In this document: piece after piece, positions 1 to 11,000 of the stretch | Numbering within the stretch: position 1 is the stretch's first letter | Layout of the letters: each line of letters opens with the position of its first letter | Assembly: GCA_964019335.1 (NCBI GenBank) | Contig: OZ025669.1 | Coordinates: 124,001-188,000, forward strand | DNA length: 64,000 nt | Source of the DNA: Diplonema japonicum | Taxonomy: Eukaryota > Protista > Euglenozoa: Diplonemea | Reading direction: 5' to 3' | Notes under the pieces: generated by a model | What the model saw: the letters and a program-made list of their open reading frames with translations, nothing else | What the model was told of the DNA's origin: nothing | The model's database searches: none | Translations under genes and position numbers: made by a program

Positions 1-1868
1 TCCATCACATGTGCATTCAGATAAGCAACCTGGTGCTCAGCTTGGGCAGCTTTAGCGGCAGCATCATCATGGTCCAACAAGTTTGCCGAGTGCCTTGCTT
101 GTAGCTCCTTGACGTGTGCTTCGTGACGCTGTCTGTCTGCTACTCTCCTCTTTGCAGCATCTTCTTTTTCGTGCTCAAGCTCCGCAGTTGCCTGCTCGAC
201 CTTGGTACGCGCCACCAGCAGCTCCCCCCCCAGTTCCTCAATGCGTACATTGGCCCTTTCTAACTTCAGCCTATACTCCACAGACTTGTCGTTCAAGGCT
301 AACCTATGCATCTCTCGCTCCTGCTCCAGCTGCGTAACTGCACGCGTTGACTGGCTGCTCAGATCCCCCCATGTAGACTCAGCCTCGATCAGCTTTGCTG
401 TGACATCGCTGAGCTCCCTCCTGAGGACGGACTTTTCAATCTCTACTTGCTGCAGAGCGGACTTTTTGTCATTCGCTGCCTCATCAAGGCTGCGCTTGAA
501 GTTGACACGCTCTGCCTCGAGTAGCGAATGAAGCGACTGGTCCTTTGCTCTGAGGGCCTTTGCATCGTCCTTCATTGAATTCTCAGCCGCTTTCAATCTG
601 CTAGCTTCCGACTCAAGTGCCACTTTCTCGGTCTCTAGTCGCGTCACACGTTCGAGAGCAGTTCTGAGACGTTCGTGCAGCTGTGAGGCCTCGTCATCAC
701 GTACAGCACGCTCCTCGCTTGCTTTCATGCGCACCACATTCAAGCTGTTGTCCTTCTCAGAGGCTTCTTCGTCCTGAAGCATCATCTTGAGCCTCATACC
801 CTCCAGCTCGTCTACCAGTGTCTTGATACGTACCTCTAACTCTGCTACTTTGTTCCTCCCAAGCGTTGTGAGCTCTCGCTCTTCGCCGAGCTTCTTTTCT
901 AGCTTCGCCTCGCGCTCCTTCCCCTTCTCAACGTTGCGCTGGTGCTCTGCAGCCTTCACGTCATACATGGCACTTGACATTGAGAGCTCTTCGTTCCTGG
1001 TCTTCAGCTGCTGATTCAGCTCGGTGCTTCGCACCAACTCCTGCTCTAGCTCTTTCTGCGAGTCAATTTCACTACGCAGCGAAAGCAAGACAGACTCAAG
1101 GTCGCGCATCCTCTTCTCTGCACAAGCCTGCTTCAGTCCCTCAGACAGAGACTTCTCTTCAAGGAGGCGGGCCGCTTCTTGTGCCGTTGCGAGTCTTTCT
1201 TCAAGTATCCTGTTATCGTGTTCCAGCTTGCTTGTCCGCATGGTGGTTTCTTTGTCTCTGCTTTCTATTTCGATGTTAGAAAGCGTAGACTGCTCAAGCA
1301 GTCTGTTGTGCGACGCCTGCTGCTGCGATAGTTGCTGCTGCAGCTCGTAGATCTCGGCGTTCCGTGACTCCGCGGCCACCACCCTTGCCTCTGCTTCTGT
1401 TAGCTTGATACTCGCGTGCTGTAAATCCTCGTTCCGCTCCCTGTTCATTTCTGCCAGTCTTATATTGTCGGCCTTAAGCGAAGCTATTATGTCTTCACTC
1501 CTCTTGAAATCTGCCTCTTTCTGCGCTACCTGCAATTGCATTGCATCTATCTCCGTGTCGAAGGCTGCCCGTGTAGCATTGCTCTTCTCCTTCAGCTCTT
1601 CATGTAGCCTCTTGAGCAGGTCATCCTTAACACGCAGCTTTAGTGACCAATCCTTCTCCATCTGCTGAAGCTCGCGTACCCTTTCGTTGGACCGCGTGAG
1701 GTCCCGTCGCAATGACGTCATCTCTGCTGCGTCCATTCGTGCTCTGAGGGGAGAAGCGCCCTGCGACTGTGTGGGGAACCTGACTGGGGAATCGATGGAC
1801 CTGCTGCTAAGCATGCCAGGGGAAAGGCTCACCTCTGAGTACCTGTTGACGGGAGTGCCTCGTACCAT
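1..1868 (-). CDS. Long coiled-coil protein (partial, runs off the window's left edge)
   Basis: ATG at 1868 (MVRGTPVNRY...MDAAEMTSLRRDL). The same frame is open at position 89 (1868-89 is divisible by 3). E/K/Q/L-rich heptad composition. Absent from the ORF track, consistent with no stop inside the window. Confidence 0.8.
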   Translation of the reverse strand, partial: MVRGTPVNRYSEVSLSPGMLSSRSIDSPVRFPTQSQGASPLRARMDAAEMTSLRRDLTRSNERVRELQQMEKDWSLKLRVKDDLLKRLHEELKEKSNATRAAFDTEIDAMQLQVAQKEADFKRSEDIIASLKADNIRLAEMNRERNEDLQHASIKLTEAEARVVAAESRNAEIYELQQQLSQQQASHNRLLEQSTLSNIEIESRDKETTMRTSKLEHDNRILEERLATAQEAARLLEEKSLSEGLKQACAEKRMRDLESVLLSLRSEIDSQKELEQELVRSTELNQQLKTRNEELSMSSAMYDVKAAEHQRNVEKGKEREAKLEKKLGEERELTTLGRNKVAELEVRIKTLVDELEGMRLKMMLQDEEASEKDNSLNVVRMKASEERAVRDDEASQLHERLRTALERVTRLETEKVALESEASRLKAAENSMKDDAKALRAKDQSLHSLLEAERVNFKRSLDEAANDKKSALQQVEIEKSVLRRELSDVTAKLIEAESTWGDLSSQSTRAVTQLEQEREMHRLALNDKSVEYRLKLERANVRIEELGGELLVARTKVEQATAELEHEKEDAAKRRVADRQRHEAHVKELQARHSANLLDHDDAAAKAAQAEHQVAYLNAHVM

Positions 1869-1966
1869 GGTGTCCTGTGTGGGTGTTGTGGTGCTGCATG
1901 GAACTTCCAGGATCTGTAAATGACAACTGTATTAACTCTGATGGTAAAAAGGTTAGAAGATGAGTA

Positions 1967-4453
1967 CTAGTCTCTGTCACCGCGTGTTCCAACAGCGTCT
2001 TCAAGCTTCGCGTGTTCGATGACAAGATGCCTTCCGTAAAGATGGGTGTTTGATAGTTTGTTGCGGGCAGTGACGGCTTCTTGAGGAGATGTGAATTCGA
2101 CGAAAGCGAAACCTCTGTGGGGTCTCTTTGCAGCACCTGCGCCGCTTGCGCCGTGTGCTTTCCGAGGTAAGCGGACTGATTTGACCTGACTGAAGGCAGC
2201 GAAGAGCTTCGCGATATCCTGCCTTGTTGCCTCGAAGGGAACGTTCTTCACTGTTAGCTTGAGAGGATCGCAGCCGCTGGGGCAGTCGGTGGTGCTGGTA
2301 ACAGCCTTATCCTGCTTTGCGAACTCTACGTTCACCTCTCGCTGCATCAGTGTCTTGCCCTGTGTATTATGTTGGGTTGTGCTGAGCAGGACATACCTTT
2401 AGGGAAGCGAGCACACGCTTTGCCGCCGCATTGCTCTTGAACTGCACGAACCCATACCCCTTCGTCACCGTGCCGTTCATCGCCAGCTTCATTGTCACAA
2501 TGCTCTGGGCGTCAGCGTCAGCAACGTTCTTGATGAACCTCTCGAAGTCGTTCTGCGTAATACTGAATGCGATGTTCGTGAGGTACAACGTCTTGTCGCC
2601 TTCATCGAATATGTCCTCCTCTGCTGTGGTCTTTACAACAGGCTGCACAACCTTCTCCTGTTCCTTCTGAACCACCCCAGGCTTTTCTGGCTTATCGTCT
2701 CGCATTTCGCCGTCCCTCAGTGCACCCACAGGTGCCCATTCCAGGAACAGCGGCTCTCTGTTAAACATGCGGAACGCCAATTTTCTGAACGCGACTTTTG
2801 CCTGTTATTGTGTTTATTCGAGATCGGACGCATACCTCTTGTGCCGTGACGTAACGAATGAGAGCTATGGTGGCCTCTCTAGGTGCCACGACCTTCTCAA
2901 GTGCACCAAACTGATCGAATAAGGCAGTCAAGTCGGAGATCTGATTGTATGAGTTTCATGTAGGATGCACACCTTGACGTCTTTCTCGAGGTTCTTCACC
3001 AAGATGTCCCTGTCACTCCTCTTCCTTGTCCTATTCTCATCAGTCAAGACGGCCATGTCGAGTCCCTCATCGCTGAACATTTCACGCACCTCTGTCGTGA
3101 GGTGTGCCTCGCCCATTGCTAAGCGCGTGGCAATATCTTTCGTGTCCTTGTCGACCAGCCTAAGAAATGTTTGTATTGTGATATTTGCAGCACATACTCC
3201 CCTTTCTCAGTGTTCAGCCTTTTCGCGATCGCTGTTGCCACAGTGTTCCCGCTCATGAACAACGTGTTCCACTTGTTTGGGTTTGCCTGTTCCGCGCGCT
3301 CTTTCAGTTCTTTTTGCTTCTTGTAAGAAGACTTCGCAAGACTCTCGTCCTCCTTGTCGTATGGGTTTGGCTTCCCAGACTTCACGTTGAGGAGCCTCCC
3401 TTGGAAAATGCTTCCTTTGAGAGTGCCGTAGGCATCCACAGCTTGCTCTGGGATAGCGTACTGCACGAAGGCAACACCCTTGCTTTGTTTGCTGTCTTTC
3501 GTGAGCGGGACGTGTGTCTCGGCGACGGTGCCATGTCCGTTGCACAGCTCTGCGATCTCCTCTTCGGTGGCGGCGAATGGCAGGTTAGTGAGGTACAGCC
3601 TGCCTGATTCGAGGATTTCATCCACAGTGATCGCCTCTTGCTCTTCCTCAGTCGGGGGAGGGGGTGCGTCATCAATCTCATAGCAGTTGGCACGTACTGT
3701 TTTTGACTTCTTCTTCTTTTCCACTTTTTCTTGTTTCCCCGATTCACTTGTCTTTGTCGTTTGCTCAGACCCTCCCGTCATCTTGCTCTTCAAGAAGTCC
3801 ATGTCTGACATTGCAGCCACCTTCTGTTGGCGTTCCTCCTCTTCCTGCGAGTCCACTGAGCCTACGCTCCCTGCCTCGCTCTCTACATCACTCCCCTCTA
3901 TTTCTTTAATGGCATTTGCATCTTCCAAGTCGTTGTCCCAGATCTTTCGGCTCGCCGTCCCCTTGCTTGCTTCTAAGAAATTCTTCAGTCCACGATCTTT
4001 GACCTCGTCTTTCTTGCGCTTCTTCGCTTCTTCCACAGCAGCTATCGCCGCCTGTTTTCGCGCTTCCTCTGCTTCCACCTTCCTCCTTTTCACATCTTCT
4101 TTTTCTTGCTTCTCCTCCAACCTTTTCTTTGTGTGTTTACTCCATGCCTTGTTCTCTACGCTACTGTCGCCGTACTGCCGTGCGAATTCAACAGTGAGCT
4201 TCGCAGTGCCTAAGAAAGTGTTGTTCATCTTCTTCACAGCACCCTCAGCAGCGTCTGCGGTCTTGAAACCCAAGAAGGCCATACGCGGTCTGTTGTTGTC
4301 CTTGTTTCTGATCACTGCACAGTCGGTGACCTGTCCGCAAGGTGCAAAGAATGTCTTCAGCCTCTTCTGGTCTGCGTCCCTCGGCAGGCCTGTCACGCGC
4401 ACTCGCGAGGACGGCTCATTGTCCCCGTGGTCTTCTCTTGTGTGTTTATGCAT
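1967..4453 (-). CDS. MRD1: Multiple-RRM ribosome biogenesis protein RBM19/Mrd1, about 781 aa; exons 4453-3198, 3159-2973, 2940-2836, 2801-2397, 2359-1967
   Basis: Five RRMs (e.g. SKGVAFVQY, TKGYGFVQF, HRGFAFVEF). Family motifs WNTLFM, RLAMGEAH, PLFLEWAP and THLYGRHLVIEHA. Introns 3160-3197, 2941-2972, 2802-2835 and 2360-2396 restore one frame. Confidence 0.93.
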
Positions 4454-4631
4454 GATTCCTGTGATGAGTTAGAATTGTCGTAGGCAAGAAAACCATTCAG
4501 GCCAGTGGCCGGTCTAGACGACGTGTGAGGGAAGGAGGAAATCAATCGGCATGCCATGTGTGGCACACGCACAAATATTCTGTTCGGACTGCGCAGCACG
4601 CGCCTTTATACCACATTCGCTTCTATTACTT

Positions 4632-5511
4632 CTATCTCTTTACCTGTTGGAAGGCCCTCATCACAACTTCGTGCAGTTGCTCTTTAACCAGGTACAGGAG
4701 CGCAGATGAAAGCACACCCCGCACCGCCTCAGGTGCGAACCCGTTATAAAGAGCAAGGGGGTTGCGCTGGATGGTCTGTGAGGTGTTTTTGTAACGCGGT
4801 TATGCAACATACTGTAAGAAGACTGGCTGAATTGTCGGACTGCTCGGCGGCCTGCACCACTGTTTTGAGTTTCATGAAAGGGTAGACGAAGGTGAGAGCA
4901 ATGAGCCTAGCGAGGGCACCCAAAAGGAGAGCTTCCCTAGGCGACAGAGCGGTCCTGCCCTTGATGATGACGGAGCGGATCTGGTCGAAGATAGTCTGCT
5001 GTATGGCTGACAGCATTGACACCACAAGCTGCCACCTCAGACCGGAGTAGAACCCCACCACACCTTTCGTGGCGTGTATCTTCTGGAGGGTATCTCGCAA
5101 AGTTATCTTGTCGCCGTTCTTTTGCTTCGCCGCTTTTTGTGTCGCTGTTACGACGCACTCAATGGGAAGGGCCACGGGGACGACAGCTATGTCACCGAGG
5201 TACCCTGCAAGGAGGTTCTCAGAGGTAGTGAAGGCTCTGCTATACAGGTTCTTATGTCTGTTCTGCATGGTGGTGTACGTGTAGAAATAGATGAACTTCG
5301 CAACTACGACCTGCGAGCATTTATACTGCACGCCCTTGTAAAGCCCCTGCACCCCACCAACCTCTTCAAGTGCTTGTTGCACTGTCTTCCCATCACCCAT
5401 CGACATTAGCGCTTTCAGCATCTCCAAAGGGTACAACATCAGGCAGCTGAGCAACCCACCGCTCGCCGCAGATGTCGCGCTCGCCAACGAAATGAGAGAA
5501 CCCTCAGACAT
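4632..5511 (-). CDS. Mitochondrial-carrier family protein, peroxisomal ANT1/PMP34-like, about 280 aa; intron 4776-4812
   Basis: Three carrier repeats (YPLEMLK, LPIECVV, YPFMKLK; GLYKG, GFYSG, ALYNG). The third repeat is completed only after removing a 37-nt GTATG...CAG intron. Confidence 0.85.
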
Positions 5512-5824
5512 GGTTGTGCGTTTTCCTGATAAACACAAAAAAAAAATTTGTGAACCTGACAAAGAATGGAAGGAACAAAGAAAGGGAAGAAACAAACAAA
5601 GCAAGTGATGAAAAAAGAGCATTTTACAGGGAAATCATCCTTCCTTCTCGTATGGGTTAGGTAATGGAAGGAAGGAGGTCTTCGGAGGCCCTGCTTCACT
5701 CACCTACTTAACCACCTTTTTAGGTGGCTGCTTGCGCGCATGATACGCGCCGCCTGTTGGATTCAGACTACTGAAAATTTCCAAAAAAAATAAGTTACTG
5801 ACTAAATCCTTTTTTCGTCCATGA

Positions 5825-7048
5825 CTAGTAGAGACCTACAACAGGGAGAATGGGGTAACAGTTGACATCCTTCGGAGCAAAGGCTTCAAGGAAGTCATCC
5901 AGCTGCTTACCGAAGTAGGTCATAAGAGAGTCAGGTACTGAAGGGAACACGTCCATGATGGGGATGAAGTACACCCACCTGTTGACCCCGTAAACCACAA
6001 AGTCGTCCCAGCACTCCTCGAAGGTGTAGTCCCCAAGATCAGCACCGCAGTCCTTCAGTGTATTGTAGTAGAGCTTTATGAGGTCCGGGAATTCCTTCGC
6101 GTGCTGGGGTATCTTCACGTCGGACACTACGAACTGCCCGAGGTCCCTCAGTGGGTTCCAAACACCTACATCACACCAATCGCACAACAAGATGCTGCCG
6201 TCCTTGTAGAACATGTTCGCTGCATGCCAGTCACCATGGCACAGTGTGAGGGGTCCCTTTTGCAGCGTCTGCACCATGTTCTCAAACGTCGATGCTGCAA
6301 GGGACTCCTCCATCACCTTCAGCACCCTGTCGGAGTACTGCACGCTCTTCCTTCGGTTCTTCCAAGCGCCCTGTACCATCGCCACAGACATGTCCCACCA
6401 CATCTTCCCCTTGCCCTGCAACACATCGACACCTTTCAGAAACTTGCAGTCAAATAAAGTCTTGTCACCCCAATGCTCTGCATGGAACTTCCCTGCTGTT
6501 AAAAAGATGGTCTTCAACACCTGACCTTCATCAGGGTGAGCGGACCTGTCGAACCCTTCAGGCAACCCCCAGATCTGGTTCCCGAGGAGGAGGTTCACCC
6601 CAACATGATCCTTCGACATGTCGCGCATCAGGATGCTGTACTTCCCGGTGAGGCTGTTGGAATAGGCATGGAAGCTTGGGAGGGCGTAGTCCTTGCAGGT
6701 GGTCTTCGCAAAGGTGTTGTAGAAGGACCCCTCGCGGTATCCACCGATGCCGATAGAGAAGGCCTTTCCCTTGGCGTCCCCCGAGGTCTTCAGCACCAAG
6801 ACCTTCTCCAGACCTGCCCTGTCCGTGTTGTAGGTCAAGTTCAGCTTGTGCATGGTGCCCACAAAGCCCCTTCCTCCGAAGGCGGACATCTCAAGCCCCG
6901 TCACCTCTTCCTCAGGTAGGAGTGCACCAGCCTCGCGAAGCATCGAAGTCAGCTTCTCAAGAGTGTAGTCGGCCTCCGCCGTGCTGGACAGCATGTGTCC
7001 TATCCACCCCGCTACTGTGTTGCAAGTGTTTACGAGCTTCGCTGACAT
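5825..7048 (-). CDS. APH/ecdysteroid-kinase-like (EcKL/choline kinase-like) phosphotransferase, 407 aa
   Basis: Motifs LVLKT, REGSFY, LCHGDWHAANM (Brenner motif), LLCDW and PLRDL. Confidence 0.85.
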   Translation of the reverse strand: MSAKLVNTCNTVAGWIGHMLSSTAEADYTLEKLTSMLREAGALLPEEEVTGLEMSAFGGRGFVGTMHKLNLTYNTDRAGLEKVLVLKTSGDAKGKAFSIGIGGYREGSFYNTFAKTTCKDYALPSFHAYSNSLTGKYSILMRDMSKDHVGVNLLLGNQIWGLPEGFDRSAHPDEGQVLKTIFLTAGKFHAEHWGDKTLFDCKFLKGVDVLQGKGKMWWDMSVAMVQGAWKNRRKSVQYSDRVLKVMEESLAASTFENMVQTLQKGPLTLCHGDWHAANMFYKDGSILLCDWCDVGVWNPLRDLGQFVVSDVKIPQHAKEFPDLIKLYYNTLKDCGADLGDYTFEECWDDFVVYGVNRWVYFIPIMDVFPSVPDSLMTYFGKQLDDFLEAFAPKDVNCYPILPVVGLY

Positions 7049-8040
7049 TCTTTTTTTTTGCTTTTCCCTTTTTTTTTCTTTTGCTTCAAACTGAACCTGT
7101 TCGAACTAATAGAGCGGCAACAGAGAGGGAAAATGTAATACAAAAAAAAAAGCAAATGAACCGAGGGAAAAGGAAGTGGGGGTACTTACGTTATAAAATA
7201 AAAAAAGGGGACGGGAAGAAATACCAAACAGAAGGGAACGAGACAGGGGGGGGGGGGGGGGGGGAAGAGAGAATTACGTGCAGAGAGGTCGAAGCGCTCC
7301 ACCTAACTATAAAAAAACACCCCTTTTTTCTCTAGTCCTCCTTACAGCAGATACAAAACTAGAGACACTGTCAAGGGACACGTGAGGCTCTTGCGACACC
7401 CTCTTGCACCTTCTCTGTAAAAATATAAAATCCATTTCTTTTTCCGCTAAATTATTTACGCGGTTTGTAAAGCGTCTGTTATTATTCGTTCACGACCCTC
7501 CCCTCATTTACACCGGCATTCTAAGTTCAAAAACAGTTGGGGAAGTTGCAACGACTCACATTAAAAAAAGGGGGAAAGGGATACATCATTGTGCAGCAAA
7601 TGTACAACGGAAAGGCGTCAAGGGGCTTTTCCAAGGGCGCTTGCCAAAAATGAGATCCTGGGCTCAGGAAACCGAGCCACCCTGCCTCCTCTACCAAACT
7701 TGTTGGTCTGCACGGGTTCCTTTTGAGTTGACCAAAGGAGGGAATAAGCTGCAGTGATTGGTATAGATCTCTACCTTTTTTTTCTTTTTTGAGGTACGGG
7801 CAAAAAAAAAAAAGCTTTTTTTTTCTTTTTCCCCCAACCACCAAGAGAATAAAAAAGTTTCGTCAATCGTCGCTTTCTCCTGACGGGATACTTTCCGTTT
7901 TTTACAGCAAAGTTAAAAAGAAAAGAAAAAAAAAATTAAGAAAATCAATAAAGCGCGGGCACTGGTGATACATATTTAAAAAATAAAAATAAAAAATAAA
8001 GAACAATAATAACAACAAAGAAAAAAAAACCCCCCTTTTT

Positions 8041-11000
8041 TCAATTGATTTTGGCTGCTGCACCCCATGCTTTGGCAGTGGTTCGGAGGTGTTTAATCGC
8101 CTGTTTGCTATCGTTTAACGCGTTTGCTGCGGCGTTGAGAGAGTTCCCATGGTCGAACCTGGCCCACTTCGAGACCTGTACCCGCCATTCCTTGTGGTGC
8201 AGAAGCAACTCGTACCACGCACGTGACACGTCGATCAGCATGGCCCTCGATGGGATCTGAACCAAAAAAAGCTCGAGGAGCGGACGGCGGCCGTCTTCAA
8301 CCTCTTCGTCGATAAAATCCCGCACAGAAAGCGGGCCCAGCTCCTCGCTTGCTCTGTTAGCCCGTTCCAAGGAAGAAGTCCCGAGAGACAGCTCCATCCA
8401 CTTCATGTGTAAATAACTCCTGAAAACATCCCCTAGTGACATCGAGTCCAGATCTTCTAACATCTCCTTGTACTTCGGCCAGAAGATCCTCGGGTTCCTG
8501 TTCACGTACGCCGTCTTGCCGTCTCGGAGCACGCAATGCTTCACCTTCTTCCAGTAAAATGTGATCTCCTTGAACCACGACAAGCTTGACAACGACGCAC
8601 GCATGCCAACAGGTGTGGACCATGCTGTGGTCTCGGGATCGTGTGCAATGCGCATGCTGAAGGTCAGCCTGTCCAGTGACTCACCGTGGACCTCTTCGAA
8701 CTTTGTGGTCATCACACCGATCAACAGGTTGAACAGCACCGCAATGATCACAACGTAGAACATGATGAAGAAGATCAGCGCGAACACCGGACGGACCGAC
8801 CGCATCGCCTCGAAGTCAAACTCACCCATTACCATGAACAGCAGCGCTTGGAACGCTTCGCTTGAGCTCTGCAAGGAATTGATGAGTTAAGAGAAACGGT
8901 CATACCCTGTACTTCTCAAGCACCATGCCGAAGACCACCCACGCGGACATCACAAAGCCGACCATGATCAGCAGGAACACGACAAGCAGGTTGAAGATCA
9001 GAGACGACGCCCTCCTCACCGTCTTGATGATGACGTTCATGTCGTGGTTCACCTCTAGGTAGAACATGACACGCAGGAAGATGAGGAGGATGTTGATCCC
9101 GTCGATTTGCTGCACCAGCACGCTCAGATCGCCCGCCTGTAGGTTTTTTCTTTTGCGTTTCGTTTCCACTTTCTATCATACCCTTTCAAAGTCCTGCGGG
9201 TACACGTCGGTGCAGAGAGGGTTGGACGCAGTGTTCCCCAACCAGATAAACCAGAACCTGAACACCCATGTCGCCACGATCATGAGGTACATGCAGGTGT
9301 CGATGAAGAACCACAGGTCCTGAAAGTACGTCTCCATCAAAGGGATCACAAGCTTCAGTCCTTTGCTTGAAAAGCACTTGCCTTTCTCGTTCCAGCTCGC
9401 GCAGGGGATAAAGTGTCCATGGAACCAGCTCGCTTCCCACCTCAATTGAGATTTCCTTGCCTGCCAAGCCCTATTGAACCTCTTCCATGAATTGCTAACT
9501 AGGTAAAAAAAAAACACCCAGATGAAGACGATCCCCAGCACGAATACAAATCCGCTCGCCTGCGTCTCCCACTGGAACAGACGGAAGGAGTTCAGCCTCT
9601 TGGATGCTACAAATGCGCCAGTGCTAGCGATTTCCACCATGAACTGCACTTTTGTCATGTGGCGACTGCTCTGGCTGTGCACGAAGAACTCTACAAGCAC
9701 AGCACGCGTCGCGATATCGATCCACTGATTGGCCTGCAGCATGTTGAGATGCTCTGTCGCCTCGCCCTCGGTCATGCTCACCGGCAGGAACGTCCCGTAC
9801 CCGTCGCAGCCGTAGTACAGCTTCCCGAAGGTTGTCGCTATGTTCCCTCTGTACCTCACAAGGAGCGACTCACCGTGCAGATCGCCGCAAGACCTGTACA
9901 CCCATGCCTGTGCTTCTTTCCAAAGCCCAAATGCAGTCAAGTTGCCTCCTTCCGCTTCTTGTATCCATTGTTCAAACTGCTCTCTTGAGGGGACCGTGAA
10001 AGCAGGCTCACTGGTCTTTCCCCCTGAACTGTCAACCTTGTAGATGACCTTCGCCGTGTCATCAGACTCAAGGGCACCAGCAGGCAGCGCGCTGTTCGGC
10101 TCCAAGTAGTACGCGTGGTTGCTGAAGGAGTCCTTGTCGTTCGACTCATCCCACGTGTTAAAGCACTGTGAGTGGTACTCGTCCTGCCGCACCTTCGTAT
10201 CGGTGCTCACTGCCTCTCGGATCCATGCCCCCCATCTATACTTGTTGGCTGTGACCCAGTCGCAAGCCACAGCAGAAGCATCACTAGTTTGCATTGCAGT
10301 GCTGAAGCTGGTGAGGTCACTTTGTGTGAATTCCATCCTGTACAGTAGTTCTTGGATGTCTTTGTCGAAGTCAGCGCCAGGAGGGTCCTTGAACACCTTG
10401 ATGAATGTCTGCGCCTGGTACTCGAAGGCGTTCAGGCTTATCCTAACCGGCTCGAGGCCGATAACGAGCGGCGATGACGAATAAGAGTAGAACAGTGCCG
10501 CCTTCCCATCGTTGTCCAGCTGACGCATCACTGCGTCGTAGCCTGTGCTGTTGTACAGGTCTAAAGCGTAGCTTCCCGCGACCAGCACACCAGCGGCGGT
10601 AAGCTTTGCCCCGAAATCAGTTCCCTGAACACCATAGATAACATTGCTGAAGGCACTGCTGACACCTGGTGCTTTGAGCGCCTCATGTCCAAGACGGGCG
10701 CATAACGGGCAAGACTCCACACCCGCCTTTGTCATGTACAGGCCTTCAGTAACATCGGGCAACAGCTTCGTGTTTATCGCTACATCGGCAGACTCAGACT
10801 TCCACTGCCCCACGGTCACCTCAGGTAGGTTGGGCTCATTTGAAATTGCAACGTTGAGCTCCTCAGTCGCTAAGATACGGAAGATCTCTGTCACAACAGC
10901 CGATGGCTCCCTTATTATAGGAGAAAGCCTGACGCCCCTGTCCGTTGTCTTGTTGCCGCTCTTGCATGCCCACACGATGGTTACGTTAGCAGGCAGTCTG

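Noticed and set aside
1967-4453. Programmed frameshifting, stop readthrough or pseudogenisation to explain split ORFs (here and in PKD2, Cdc14, metacaspase and calpain)
   Set aside because: Every break is resolved by a canonical GT-AG intron that restores frame and family motifs.
5654-5661. CCUAACCC as a telomerase RNA template
   Set aside because: Only 8 nt, inside a hairpin loop that probably pairs elsewhere, and the element is far smaller than known kinetoplastid telomerase RNAs.
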